Source: Eukaryota sp. GEM-RC1 (lineage: Eukaryota). Taken from it: DNA of 64,000 nt. The first letter of the stretch is position 1. Every line of letters starts with the position of its first letter. The translations under genes and the position numbers were made by a program. Shown piece after piece: positions 27,064 through 41,760 of the stretch. Where the stretch lies: contig JAUFOQ010000003.1 of NCBI GenBank assembly GCA_040285855.1, forward strand, positions 1 through 64,000, written 5' to 3'. A model generated the notes under the pieces. The model was not told where the DNA came from. It did not search any database and saw only the letters and a program-made list of their open reading frames with translations.

Positions 27064-30000
27064 TCATCAGTGATAGCCAATCATCTTGCGACGACTGACT
27101 TCAAAGCTATGACATCCTGTTTTAAATCAACCATCAGATGGTCGATTCGTGTTGATCATTTGATCTTTTCACATGTCCCAACTAGTAGCCTGATAACCAC
27201 TAATCGTTCCATATGATGTACCTATAGATAGATTGCATGAACTTCAATTCATCTTCTTTCAGTACAGTGGGTGCATTCAAACCTTAATGTTTCCATCTTG
27301 GCTTTCGTACAACACCATTTTGTTACCGAAGTAACAGGGGTCATTCGAACAAAAATCCAATACAACATTGATAAACATTGTAAAAGACCATGTAAGAAGA
27401 CATGACTTTAGTATACCTAACCGAAATCAGAATTACTCTGACATCTGAGAGAGGTACACCCTACATATATGCCAAGTTTTTCATTTATATACCCTTTTTA
27501 CCAACAATGACTCGGATGACCATACCTAAATAGCTCAAATCCGCAATAAAAATGGTCCCAAAAAACTTTCAAAAAAAATCAGAAAAACTTGTAACTTTTC
27601 ATAGGGGCCAAAAAAGTTTGGAACTTTTTGGGGGTCATTTGAGTTGGTTTTTTCACGATGAAAACTGGTTGGGGTCTTTTTGACTCGACTTGGTATTACG
27701 TTTGTAATTGATTATTTGCACTAAATAAAGGATAGAATTGTATTTTTTGTAAAATTTGGAATAGTTGATGGTTATCGATTGATTGATGACCTGGTATGAT
27801 TGTTGACTGTCATAGGGGTCAAAAATGATTCCGATGGATTTAAGATGTCCCAAAGGTATCTTTTTGAATGTTGTTGTGTAACTAGTGGTAGAGGTGCAAT
27901 CACAATCAAATTTAGGTCAAAAATGATTTTCTCCGAGAACAGCTCATGACAGTCAATCATGTTGTACACACCGTCATGAACATCCCCTTGCCCATGTTTG
28001 TATGAAGTTAGAACGGTGGAACATGTCTAGAGGCTGTGCACGAGTGTAAAGACTGGTAAAAGTGTCGAAATCGTGATTACTTAGGAGTTGAGCTCCTTTC
28101 GATACTTTTAACAATTACCAGCATAATCTATGCATACGATAACCTAATAGTACTGTTAACAGCATCAGTTGAATTAGTTTCATCTTAACTCCAGTAGTGT
28201 TTGAATATTGGTCAAGTTCAATTGATTCTCCAGCTTGACTAGTGATACATTTTTGATTTCTTCTTTACTACAGTTATGTACCATACTAATATGCAAATGG
28301 CACACCTACTGGTGCATGATCATATGATTGTAGGAAGAAGTTGTTGTATAAGTATGTGATTTCAACTTACTACTCGTAAACTATCATGTAAAAGGGGGAC
28401 ATTGGATTCTCTTAGTATACATTCTGTACAGCTAGTGTACACACACATTATAGTAACCCAACAGTACTGGATCGCCTCTCAAGTTGACATGGTGAATTAA
28501 TTATTTTAGTCAAAATAGTTAAATTCTATCTTTCAGTGGTTACTTTGGAATTGTCTATGACTCTGGTATAGTGTTACTATGGTGGTGTTCATTAGTCATA
28601 CAACAATCAAAATCATCATGAAGATCGACAAAGAGCAGTAGTATGGTCAAATTTGAAAATGAACAAAACCACTTCTACAACACTTCAAAGTTGTTTTCAC
28701 ATGCTCACACAAGAGTAGAATCAGTATCAATGTCAAACACCAAAAGTCAATCAAAATTGTATCACAGTCAATCAAACATCATTCACAGCAATTATATGCC
28801 ACTACATCACGTAAATCCAAAATATGAAAAATCAACACCATCTAGTCCAAAAGAAACAATTAAAACAGTATATCAGTACATTGGTAGATCGTTTCTACAT
28901 CAACACAACACTTTTACAAACAATGACTATTACCACTGTAATACAATGTAAACTATCAATATTGACCCTAATGGATCAACTCAAGTCTATATATTTTTGA
29001 AACTTTTCACCTCAACTATAGTGACAAACTGACCATGTATAAAATGTTGACCAAAGTACATGTGAAAAATAAAAAGTCTTTGAAAGTTGATAAATGTTAT
29101 ACCAATGGGTTGTTTACATCGTTTAGATGATGTATTTGTAATATCAGTGATATTGGTTGGTAAAGTGTATGGTCTTTAGTTATTGGTAATTTTGAAGTGT
29201 ACATGAAAGTTGTAAATTTCCACTTTTAACACCTTAACTGATGATCTTGAGAAGTTATATATTGGTTTGGAATCAATTTTATCTGAGTCGAATGTTTTTC
29301 ATTTTGACTTGGTAGTACTAGTGTATGAGTATCAAAGTGACAAAATGAATGTTATGGATATTGAACAGTTGTACTAGTAGTAGTTGTAGTATCACTGTAG
29401 TAGTGTTCACAGTGAACATAAGTTGTTGAATTAAATTCTGTGGTAAAAAGTGGTCATTGGTGGATTTTTGTTTTGGCAGTCCTTTGATTTCACATTGGTT
29501 TAATTTGTTTTTGATTTTATAGCAGTGTGTAGTGGTTTGATAGTTAACAAGTGTACATTTCAAATTAGGTTTGTTCAAGTCAAGTTGTCAATGTTTGGTA
29601 TATAATGAGTATTTTGGTATTAAAATATGAGTCACTTGAGCACTAGTTTTGATCATTATATAGTGGTTAAGTAAGTGTTTTTGTATAATGTGGTTGATGT
29701 AAAAATTTTAAATTTAATATGTTTGATTTCTATATTTATTACTTTAATGTATGTAATTGTGTTGTAATTCGTTGAGATTGAGTTAATCGATATAGTTTTT
29801 GAATCCTCATAGACAGAATGATGATACATGTGGGTGTGTATAACAATCAATCAATTTTGATTGGTACCAAGATTTAAGCTCAATATTGGTTCTACTTACT
29901 ACCTTGAGTTTTGTTTACGTGTTTAGACTTGTTTGTTGGATAGTGTAGTATGTGAACTGCTGGTTGAAGTTACACATGGTGATTATAAAGTTGGTGTATC

Positions 30001-30254
30001 TGATAATAAACGAATTATTAATGTTTATTAAAAGTATTACTAATATTTTACAACAATATTAGTCGAATTTTTGAATCTTTTGCTTTTTGATTGTACTAAT
30101 GATACTGTCTGTGTGTTATCATTTGTTGTACAACTGAAATTCAATTTAACATCCATTTATTATACAGTTGTAATAAGTTTTCAAAATTTTCAACCAAACA
30201 TCACATAAATCACTACCCAAAGGTACAAAATAACTACCCAATAACAAACAAAAA

Positions 30255-30373
30255 GAATGCAGCACTCAGTGTTCGCTTGTGGTCTCCCACCAAACTACTA
30301 ACTAAGCCTTTGGCCACTTAACTTCGGAATTCGGAATGGGATCCGGTGCTATGGACCAAGTATGGCCGCATTC
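30255..30373 (-). rRNA. 5S rRNA, copy 3
   Basis: Identical to copies 1 and 2. Confidence 0.95.
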
Positions 30374-32762
30374 ATGGGTTACATTGTGATTGTGGGTTTA
30401 AGCTTGATGAGTAGTATACTATTGGTGTGGTAATACTAATACACTTGGTATGTGTTTTGTACTTTTGTACTACATTGAGTCATGTTCATAGTAGTAGATA
30501 GATTGTACATGGTGATGTTGTTACTATGACACAATTTTGATACAAACTTATAACCTTTAGAAGTTGAGTCTGACCAATTATCTTGTATATGTGTGACATA
30601 GAATTACACTGTTTTAACAATATGTTTATGTTTGGTAGTATGTGGTATTGTTAATGTTGTGTGATTCAAAATTTGTATAGTTTCAAGTGTCAATATTAAG
30701 ATGTATGTAACACATGTGTAGTCTAGTGATATGGTGTAGTAGTAGTACAGATGTTTTGTCATTAACATTTGTGATTTTGCATAGATTTATAAAACTATTG
30801 GTACAAGACATTGCTAAATATTTGACATTATTTAAAATTTGTCAAACTCAAGTAACACTGTTTTATTCGATTTGATGTGAATATGAGTACTGTAAGTGGT
30901 GATTATGTATAGTGTATAGTATGTGTCATGTATCAGTGTGTGACTTGTACTTACATGTATAAGTCTATTTGATATTGGTGTACTATTTATGTAATTGTGA
31001 TTAAGACTGTGATTATCAGATAGATTTAAGTCCATCAATTACATTTGATTAACTCTTTGTCATTTGATTTAGTACTATACTATGTATGTATGTAGTACTA
31101 TGGTACATGTTTAGCTATATGTCTATCTCATCTACATCACTATCATTATGATTGTGAATGTGATGAAGGTATGTTGTGAATCACTCTAATCAATTTTGAT
31201 TGGTTTAGTGATTGTGATCGGCAATTACTAGTACAACTACACGCCAATGACTACTCTATACTACACTATTAGTGTTAGAGTCATGACACTACATGTACAT
31301 AACAATTGATCTGATTTTATGAAACTCCAATTACTACAATTGATGATTGTCTAGTTGATTACAACCACTATACCAACTAATCCATGACACCCATGGACCA
31401 ATCAAAATTGATTGAAAAAATGTTTTCACTTGGTATGCTGAAACTGCCTAAAATCAGCTCAAAATGACCCTCAATCCGTCTCTCTACGTGATTTTTTTGA
31501 AAAAGTGATTTTGATTGGTATACCAGATCTACTAAGAATCGACTGAAAGTGACCCACAATCAACGAATTTACATGATTTTCGACTAACAATCAGATTTTG
31601 ACTCCCATGTAACTCCTCACCAATCAAACTTGAACACTTCTAATTGCTTGTACAGGTCCCCTACGGGGCCCTAGTACCCTATGTAGTACTCCAAGTTCCC
31701 AAAAAAAGGCTCTAAAAAAATGACCATTTGAAGGCCAATGGGATTGCGTTTACAAAATTGTCTCTAACTCGAGCCGCCGCAAGTACATCACGCGGCTCCC
31801 GAGTTACAACAATTTTGTAAACGCAATCCGAACTAGACTTATCACCATCGTGCTAGGTACTACATAGTGTAGTACTCAAGTCCACTTCGACTTGGTGTAG
31901 GGTACTTCAAACGAGTTCCCCACAAACCCCTAAAACATGATGATCCCATTTTACATTTGTCACAAGAAGAAACTTTTTATAAAAAAGTTTAAACATTTCC
32001 CCCCAATAGGAGGCTCTGAGGCCAGGTACTAAAAAGGGCGACTACTCCTCTATCACCAATGCAGTGCACCTATTATCCAAAGGCACAGGGCCCTCAAACA
32101 ATAAACACAACAACACAGCGAACGAAGATGTCTAAGCGGAATTGTCTAAGATCCATTGGTTACCCAACATCTCTCAGACTATCCTCGTGCAACCAGTTTT
32201 ATGGCGTAGAAACACGGCAGATCGATAAATCAATCTACAACTAACCCTATTACAGTCCCAGTACCATGCAGGACTTACTTAAAAATTAGTCAATGACTTT
32301 CACATAGTATCATTGACTTTGGTAGCATACAGTTGGTCGGTTACTGTTTGTAGTGTATACACAACATTCTGTGTTTGTACCACTTTATTGTTCCCATCAA
32401 ATCCATCACCAGTTTCAGCACTAAGTACTACTGTGGTGTTGTCTTTAATGGGTAAAGTAGTCGTTGACTTGTCGATATAAAAATAATAAAGACTCGTCCT
32501 TTGACAATGTACTGCTACTACCGACAGTCAATGTCAATTAAACTCAAAAAAATCTTAGTCGTTTTTACGAAATTTATAGTTTTCACTATTGTTTCCTACT
32601 AAGTGTATTCGAGTGTGGTACTGTCGTTTGATCCACGGCACAGACATGAACCATCAAGTACCATGGTTGAGACATGCACTAGTCACTTGGACGTGCATTT
32701 GGACTGTCAGTATTAGATACCAACAGTCTTGGCTTATAGATATGGTTCTAAAACAGAACCAC

Positions 32763-33125
32763 AAATTGGAGTCAAGACTATCAATTAAATTTTGAAGACT
32801 AATTAACCATGCACAAGGTTGTTTTTTCAAACAAAAAATTCTTTAAAGACCCCAAAAAGGCGCCATCACGCATGTACTCTGCTTTCGTGAAATTTATACC
32901 ACCAAAAGAAGTAGAATTGAAACAATGAGAAGGAAGTGAAGAGTCTTTGTTACCAACCAGATAACTAACAAAATTTGTCCGCAATGAATTAAAATTACGA
33001 GATAATTCGAGAGTTAGTTCAGGCGGTAAACCACGTAAAAAGTGATTAATTTTACCACCAAAACAAACTTGCAGCATAGCAAAAGAAACTTGTTTGCCTA
33101 CATCTAGATCAACGATTTGGTTGAT
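32763..33125 (-). mobile_element. Non-LTR retrotransposon fragment (post-RT region) abutting the array end
   Basis: KINHFLRGLPP...FGGINF resembles the post-RT segment of family A (KLMYWARTV...LGGFGL). Confidence 0.6.
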
Positions 33126-33354
33126 CTGAAAGATTGTGTTCTCGTGTGAAACTTTGTATGAGATACAATCGTTTCTGCCTTTCTTCTGAAAGACTTGAAC
33201 GTCAGCTTTAGCTCCACTTCAACAGCCTTCTCTTGGTCTTTGGAACGTTAGCACAATCAGAACTCCCTGTGTATCACATTGGAGTGTAGAAGATGAGAAA
33301 GATTAAATGTATGATGTTTTTGGTTAGTTATTACTTGATGATTTTAGTACACTG

Positions 33355-33454
33355 ATATTGCAATATTGACCAATATATTGTATCCAATACAGTATTGATT
33401 GGCAAGTCATTTTCCAATACCAATATATTTCCAATCCAATATTCGGCATCCCTG
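33355..33454. mobile_element. Possible hAT-type transposon end with CAATA subterminal repeats
   Basis: Dense CAATA/TATTG motifs ending in GCATCCCTG, the reverse complement of CAGGGATG (Ac-like TIR start). No partner end seen. Confidence 0.35.
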
Positions 33455-34022
33455 CTTATTTGTCACAAGGCAACAGTTATTTACTCCAAAAAGGAACTCA
33501 CTGATAGTAGAGGTTTAGCGAACAATTCCACGAATTGATTTACACACAGAATAACTTATACTAACATATGTTCAACACGGTTGTTCATCCTCTTTTTACG
33601 ACTCTTTTTAACATCATTTAGAAAATTGAGTCCACTGTTTCCTAAACAATGGTAAATTGATACATCCTAAAGACATATTTCATATCCAACACGTTTCACA
33701 TGTTTAAGAGTCATCAATGGGTTTTTGTACTTATCTTGTGTTTCCACAGCTAAATTGAAGATCATTTAATAATAGATCGTATAGATGCGGAATTTGATTT
33801 GATTGACTGCAGACGTCTTCTGCAAATCAATTGAGCAATTTGCGACTATTGGATTCTCTTGACTGTGTTTCTCAATCAGAATCTATGATTAGGAGTCTCG
33901 ATGGAGTTCAATAATCCAAAAGCCTCCATGTCTAGCAGCAAATATACTTCAAGTTTGTTTATATACGGTTTTATTGAATAAGATTAGTATCATCTGTATT
34001 TGTGATGCGATACACCTCAAAT

Positions 34023-34071
34023 ATCACACATATCACACTGTGATGTGATGTTGTGATGTGATATGTGTGAT
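34023..34071. repeat. 15-bp perfect inverted repeat built from TGTGAT units
   Basis: atcacacatatcaca ... tgtgatatgtgtgat. Confidence 0.8.
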
Positions 34072-34412
34072 TCACAGGTATCACAAAATGCAAAAAAAGT
34101 GTGAAGTATGTTTAGTTTGTACTGCTGATTTTGTTTGGGTATAATCACATTCAATGTAGCATGTAAGTTATTAACTCTATTAAATCTCTGTTCAAGATTG
34201 TCGATCAGGTGACGTTGAAGGAACGTGTTAAGTGATTTGATTTATACAGATGAATATGAGAGTTTAGGGGTTGACAGACGTTAATGTTGTGTTGGTTTCT
34301 GATAGAAATTCCTTAAACAAGAAACAATGATTCAGATGATTTCAGAAAAAGAAGTTATTGAGTCCCTAACAGCTGAGATCATTTTCGAACACCAACTATA
34401 CACGCAAGCAGT

Positions 34413-34490
34413 TCACGAACAGCAGTAGTGTAGTGGATCTACCATCCACTAGTGGATCCACTAGTGCATCTACACTACTGCTATTTGTGA
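34413..34490. repeat. About 78-bp fold-back (MITE-like) palindrome
   Basis: agcagtagtgtag / ctacactactgct arms around an internal atccactagtggat palindrome. Confidence 0.75.
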
Positions 34491-35689
34491 GTCAGACATG
34501 TCATGGTTCTTGAAGAGAATCCAGAAAGGAAAGTCCAGGATTCAAAGGACGATATGAAGACAGATGCAGATGAAATCATACTTGGAAAATACAGCCACTC
34601 CCTGAAAAAAAATGCAAAAAATACAGAAATTACAGAAATACTGAAAAATACACTTAATACAGAAAATTACAAAATAACTCGACCTAAGACAACTTTCGCA
34701 AAAGTATGGTGAGAACTTTTTCAGTTTTAAATTAACAATGACCATTATTATATGAGTTTCACAGTCAAACTAAACATAACAAAACATCAAAAATACCTGA
34801 ACAAATATCAAGCCATTATATAGTTTGCCGTCTTTTTTGAGCAGCTGCCGTTCCAAAACACTTTTCAATCATTCCAAAGATTGAGATTCCCCAAAAACAT
34901 CAAGAGAATTGGTACCTTTTATCGTCAGACGAGTTTATGACAATAATATACAATATATTCATCAAGAAGACCTAATGTGCTTGCAATTTATCTTCAAATA
35001 AAACACAGTTGCATATGATATCATTGTCATCATTAAAAACTGCTTCGTTTTCGAGAAGAAGTACATCAACACGAGATCTTTGACCACCCTATATGTGCAT
35101 ACTCATACCTCTATTGGTAGTTAAAAAAAGTTAAACACTAGGGTTACCTGTTTTGGAAAGTTGATGTATATTAAATTGCAGGAGTAGAGAACTATCCAAT
35201 GTTGGATGTGAAGAACATTTCGGCCTTTTTGACTCTCAATGGTCCCGATAAGACCAATTGGTGTCTAGTATGTATCAAAATTACGACCAACACGTAGAAA
35301 TAGAGAAAATTGAACAGTACATCTTCATACAAAAATTGTTTTGGTACCATTTTATCCATAAAAATACAAAAAATACAGTATTTATCGAGCCTGAGAAAAT
35401 ACAAAAAATACAAACAATTCAAAAAAAATACAAGTATTTGTATTTTCCAAGTATGGATGAAATGGAAGTGAAGACCTCATTCAAGGAAATATAGTATCAG
35501 AATCAGAGACACGTCTCTAAAGGTTTGGTAAGAAACAATTCTGCTGGTGAGTTTTAAGCCGCCACCACAACAAATACATTGGTCTCTCTACTATTGTTGC
35601 AACTTTACATTTATTGTCCGACCTCACAGTATACAGTTCAATATCATAAATGAATTTCTGTTGATGTTTCTAATGTTTATATATGTAAT

Positions 35690-36690
35690 TCAATCAGTGG
35701 TATTATGGTATCGTTTGTTCTTTTCCCACAATCTCTCTTTTTGATTGACTTTTTTATTCGGAGCTACGGTTGTAGTTCATCTTTGTTTTTACCATCTGGA
35801 AATCCTATTTTCTCCACAACAGGTGTTAAGCAAGGAGATCCAATTTCTCCTTTCTTATATTCACTGGGTTGTCTCTCGATCTTAGAACATTGCAAGTCAT
35901 TAGACTTAGAGATTTTTTCGTATCTCAATGATATATATATTCTCAGTAAAAAATCTCTTGATCCCAATGAGCTTGTTGCTTCAAAGTTTGAATTGATGGG
36001 TCTCTCATTGAATCGAGTTAAAACCCAAATTTATCCTAGTTCATACTCGTGATTCTCATTTTAATGCATTAGAATCTTAAAATGGTTCTAATGATGGTCA
36101 ACGTTGTTTTTTGCAAAATTATATTGATTCCGAAGTTAGACCTTTACTTAATAGTCTTTTCCAGTTGCCGATTCAAACGCAGCTTTTTTCAAAAATGCCT
36201 TCAATTGTGTTATTGAACGGTTCCTAACCCATACCGATAACCTCCGTGTGGAACCGTGGAACATCACTAAGAGACATGATGCAGTTAAATTTTTTTTGAA
36301 TTCATTTAAAAATTTTGTAGTTGAAAATGAAGTTTCCTTAGGATTGAATAGCTTCAAGTTGGATTTATTTGACCCAAAAACTAGGATAGCTTTTGATATT
36401 ACGGTTGTAGGAGGTTTTGGCAATCCTTGGATGCTTATTCCACAGCGTACTGCAAAAAATTTCTAAATATTCAGTTTTGAAGGACATCAATTTGATTTCA
36501 GACAATATTCCTTTGGTTTTTAATATTCATGGGGGTTTTATTCGAAAACCGTTGAATTTTTCAAACAATTTGGTTGGTTAGAGTTGGGACCTTCTATTAG
36601 TTGTATTATTTTGAAAGGTAAGTTGAGATATCATAAGGCTCTGAATCTTATTTTGGGAAAGATAGATCAGAGTAGACGTTTCTGGTAGTA
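35690..36690 (+). mobile_element. Degenerate CRE-like non-LTR fragment (RT C-terminus joined to REL)
   Basis: GVKQGDPISPFLYSL, YLND, KRHD...DLFDPKTRIAFDITVVGG. Confidence 0.85.
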
Positions 36691-36749
36691 GTGATATTAT
36701 AAGTTATTAGTTTCTTCAAAAAAAGATATTTTTCATTATAATTAAATAA

Positions 36750-37410
36750 AAGTCGTTTTGGGATCTGCTGTTGGTGATCCTTCTTTCGAAAAACGCTGAC
36801 TGCAGAACAAGTGTTCTGATCTTTTCCACTTTCTAAATCTCTTGGTGATCTGCCTGTTCAAGCAAAGTTGATCTTGTTGAGGTACTGCATTAACTCTAAA
36901 TTGATGTATTGGGCACGAACTGTTGCTCCCAGTGCATCTAGATATCCCAAAAGAATAAAGTCTTTTTAGTTCTGAGTTCCAGTCTTTTCTTTGTTCTATT
37001 CTGGATTGCAAACTTGCTTTTCCAGAGTTAATTTCTTTCCGATTTCTCATGGTTGTCTTGGTCTTTCGGATCTTTCTATTTTTTTTTAAAAAAAGAAATC
37101 CCTAATATTCTGATACAGTCACTGCTTTACCTAAAATAGCTCAAGGAAAATTGACTAAGTCTTTCTTTTCTTCTCGTTAGGAATTGTTTGTTGAGAAACT
37201 TTCCCATCATTTGCTTTCTGTCCATGAAGCTTGCCAACTGCCTGTTTCTGGTCGTTTTCTTTCCATCATTCCTGTTTCTGAGCCTCTTTGTCTGCAGGAT
37301 TCTACCTTACAGTGGATCTGCTCTCAGCGACTTCTTGAAGCTGAAGCCATTAGTTCTTGTAATCCTTGCCACTTTAAAGATTCTTCCAGTTGATTCTGGT
37401 CTAACTGTAA
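36750..37410 (+). mobile_element. Family A-like non-LTR fragment
   Basis: Nucleotide similarity to 10655-11380; HEACQLPVSGRFLS...LQDSTLQWIC. Confidence 0.85.
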
Positions 37411-40400
37411 TGACGTGATCCAAAACTACTTAAGTAGAAGGCCCTTGGCTGGAAACTTGGTGGGCAAAGACTTCGACCTTATACTCAGAGCAATGTCAGA
37501 GAAGTTATTAATAAATTGGGACTGCGACTTCAAGAAAAATCAAATGAAAAAAGGTATCTATAATCAAGAAAAAAGAGATTCTGGGTAGCAAAAATTACTT
37601 TTTCTACTGAATAGAATCACTAAATGACAGATGTTTCATAAAAGATGTTAACGAAAAAACAAACACGGCAAAAATATATTATAACATTTCGTGGAGTAAC
37701 AGTTCATTTTTAAGTAGAAAGTACACATAAAACAAAGAAAGATTTACCAAATTCTCAAAGTGGTCCAAATTGCTGAAAATTTCAAATTATGCAGCTTTGG
37801 ACAACCATTGTTTTTAAAAAATCAGCAACATTCGGAGACAATTTTAGATAGCTCGTAAAGATCTACAAAATGGCTAGGAATGACATAGTTATAAAAATAC
37901 TTCAATTTTACATTACTTTCAATATGTTTAATTCTTTGAACCCAAGGTGGCAAAAACTCGGCAGATAGAAAGATCAGAAATTAAAAAATGAGTAATAACT
38001 AGAGACAAGATTGACGCGAATCCAATAAAGAAGAGATCTCTTTTAAAGAAAGTAAAAGAGGCATTAAGGACGTGACATCCACGGGTTATTACTTGAAAGT
38101 ATAGGAAGCACCATCACGTGATCATCAAATCAATACAAAAGAGTATTCAGAGCTCGAGATTGGGAAATCCTTGCCACGTGTAAATTCTATGACACGTGGC
38201 AAAAAGAAGACGATGGAGAGGAATTAAGGACAAGAGTTAGAGAAGAAGAAACGCCATTACAAGAAGAAGCTTTGGTATATTGATTGACTTTTATATCAGT
38301 CAACTTCTGACCCCTTGTTACGTCGGGGTAAGATGTCAAGGTAGGACATTAAGGTAAAAGTAAATGATCAAGAAACTCATCACTTCAACACCTTTGCTAC
38401 CACTTTACATGAGTAGTTTCTACATCAACTTAGACAGCTTAATACAACACCTTCAAGGAACCACCCCATGTTGAATTTTACTGTATTTGTTCTTGTTTGA
38501 AGATGACCTGAGGCAAATCAACAATTCTTCTTCTGTGTCACATTTCTCTTTGCTGTTAAGTGATTTTGATGCCGACTGGAGTCATGCGCCTCAAGTTTCC
38601 AAATTTCGAGCAGATGAACTAAAGCCTAAACGGATAAGCCCTCTGTTGAACCCAAAACCATAGTCCTTGGGTTCTACCGATCTCCAATGTCTCGTCATTC
38701 ACAACTGTCTCATCCAGATCTACCAGCTCAAAAACTCAATCCCATCTCCCTCCAATCTGATCTCAGATCTTTGAATAGTCATTCTATTTCTCATCCCCGA
38801 TCACTTTATTCTTTTCGCAAAAGAAGAAATACACAATTCATTTCCTTCTAATAAATCTGTTTACTTCATGATACCCTGACTTATACTTTGTTATACATAG
38901 TCAGAAATATCGACGTTACATTGACTGTAATCTCACTGTACAGTGTATAATGCCACAACCACAAAGTTCCATTCCGTTATGACATGGAAGTCACGGCGGT
39001 CATGGTGCAACACTAATAGGAAGTCCAACTGTGTTTTTTCAAAAAGTAAGAATAAACTTCATCTATCAATGTCATATAAGTGATTACAATAGTATTGGGG
39101 GTTTTCTAGTACACCTTTAATTGATTGAAACTTTTATCGATATCGGGATGGACAAACACATTGATGTCTTGAAATGCTATACATGTAAGTCTCTAACGAA
39201 AAGGGGGAGATGATGAAAGTATGAAATGAAAACAGCAGATGATAACCAATGTTGGCCCTTTCTGGTCTAATGGATACGTCAGTGTTTTTTTTGGGGAGAA
39301 GTCAGCACAACAACTTCCAAATGATGCATTATAGGACATTCGTTGGTGAAACAAGAACTGTAGCGCTACATATAATAGGAAAAGAGGAGTATCTATAGCT
39401 AAATCGCGCCTTGAAGCGTTGGTATTAAGCTCTTTGACGAAGTGTTTCCGTCATGTAAAATGAGGTTCTACTCATTGTCTTGAAGATTATATTGGTGGTT
39501 TCTTGTCAGAAACGGATGTAATGTGGGTTGGTAGAAGACTTGGACATCTGATCAAGTACTCAACAATGCTTCCCACACTTCTAGAATCCCTCACCTAAGA
39601 ATTCGTCGAGTTCTTATCGTCTAGTACCTCGAAGACCGCCCCAGCTGTTTATCTTTCATCCACATCAACTCTCTTCCGATTCATGTCTCTCATTGTCTCT
39701 CTCCTTCTGGTGATCTTTGATACCTGAACACAGTGGTATGATGCTCCGTTCCTCTGTCCTTTGTTGCTTGTTATTGCAGCCGGTCTCTTCTCATTCTTTT
39801 TTTTAAGAATGAGAAGAGACCTGATACCAGATCAAAAACCCGTGTTTCTGATGCATACGACTTCTTCTTTCTTTACTTTCTCTCTTCTCTAGGTCACGTG
39901 ATCATTTGTGATGTATTAGCAGTTCATGAAACTGTTGTTCTAAAGTTCATGATTGGTATTGATTTCTCCTTGTCTAATCTTTCTCACCTCCTTTTCCCTT
40001 CCTTTTCACTTCACTGATCAACGTTTGAATCATTGACTTTATCAAGTTCGATCTTTCTCAAATTTTAATATACTGAATTGAATCTGGTCTTTTCTGATTT
40101 TCAAAAAAGTTGAATAACTCGACTCAAAATTCGTTTTGTTTCTAGTTTAATAATTCAGTTTCAAGATCTTTATAGATCCTAATTTTTACATTTGTCAGTG
40201 AATGTGTACTTCTTTTATTATTAAGTACTACTTTTGTAGTACTAAGGTTATGCAACTTTTCAAAAAAAAAGTTCAATTCCAGCCTTTTGATTTCTTTTAT
40301 TCATCTCAGATGCTATTTAAAGAACTCACACTTACTAGAGTTAAAAACGAAGAATTTTTAACGGTAGTACTTTGTTCTTTTCAAGATGATGAAAGTAAGT

Positions 40401-40479
40401 TTTATCATTGATATGTGAAAAACAGAAAATTGAGAATTATTTAAAAAACTAAGCAAGAAAACACGACTTCTCTTAAAAT

Positions 40480-41101
40480 CGGCTCAGAAAGGGTTGGGAA
40501 ATGGATCAATGTCAAAACGACCAGTACCTTTGGAATCCTTGCTTTGAACTTGGAATCAAACACCAAGCTTCAATTTAATGAGAATGGATTTTAAAGTAGA
40601 CAAAGTAAGTTTTACAATAGGTGACGGAAAAGAATACAAGGAAGGAATAACAAAATTAGAAGAAACCATTGAAACAGCATTTGGAATTTCACAAATTAAT
40701 GAAAGATCAGATAAACCAAAACCACCAAGAGAAAGCAGTTCTTGGAAAAATCATTTGAGAGGTAACCTAGATGAAGTAGCAGAAACAGTTCTAGCTCAAT
40801 ACATCCACTTGGAGTTGATACAATAACGTACAAACAGAAGCTGAGCTTGTACGGGCAACTTTGAAATAACTTTGAACAAAGGAAAGAGAAACGTGCATTT
40901 CTCTTTCAGCCAACGTTTATCAAAAGCAGAATCTCCAATTGGAGATCCTACAGCTACAAAATTACGAAAGGTCGCATAAGTTTTAGTATTGTCTAGAATT
41001 AGATGCAGACCAGGATCAGCATATTTCTGTGATAAACTGATCACGTGATTCAAAAGTTCAACAGAATCAATGACAAACAATGTAAGTGTCATCAAGGTAA
41101 G
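40480..41101 (-). mobile_element. Family A non-LTR fragment
   Basis: SQKYAD...VGSPIGDSAF...RYCINSK matches 10500-11100. Confidence 0.85.
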
Positions 41102-41760
41102 CTACAACAGAACATCGAACGAGTTGAATACTTCAATTTCTTTAAAAAAATTAAGAGTCTTGTGATCAACACAACCATAATTAGAAAAAATCAATGGACA
41201 AACTTCAGATATTTGCCCCTCATCAACCAAAACTTGAGACTTAAATGCATTCTCAAGTGAATGATTATTCCCACCAACAACAGTTGTATCATAAAAACAA
41301 CCTGTTGAAGGTAAGAAAAAATCAGCATACTTCTTCTTTTTCTCATTGGTTAGAAAAACCTTTTCAATATTCTTGTTCTCAACCGACAAAAATGAAGCAA
41401 TAAATAATTTAAGTTCGTCATGTTTCTCTTTTACCATTCGAGAATGACTTCCACAAGACAGTTGATGTGCCGTTGATAAATCTTTGTAATTGCATAAATC
41501 ACACACAGACATCTTTGAAAAATTCAATAATCTCCAGTTGACGAACAAATTAAATTCAACATCATTACAAACAGTGTCACCTACTGGTAACGACAATAAA
41601 AAAGAACCAGAAAACGGTAACCATTGATATTCAAGTTCAATATGCTGATTTTCAGATAGATTATCTTTAAAATCAGAATAATTTCTATTCCAATGAATGT
41701 TGGATATTAAAAGTTAAAAATTATAAGGTAAATCAAACTCAAATAAATAATCATCGGCCA
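41102..41760 (-). mobile_element. Family B non-LTR fragment (CCHC plus REL), same family as the 28S site-B insert
   Basis: CDLC...HQLSC...KHD...NIEKVFLTNEKKKKYADFFLPSTGCFYDTTVVGGNNHSLENAF matches 6075-6340. Confidence 0.9.

Larger units (their letters stand above)
1..32762 (-). repeat. Tandem rDNA array, about 2.5 units; ends abruptly within the intergenic spacer at 32762
   Basis: Spacer and 5S recur at offsets 15888 and 12037. Identity with the previous unit stops after ...aaaacagaaccac at 32762. Confidence 0.97.

Noticed and set aside
37420..40470. Host protein-coding gene
   Set aside because: No long ORF or recognisable motif; intron-split remnants cannot be excluded by eye.
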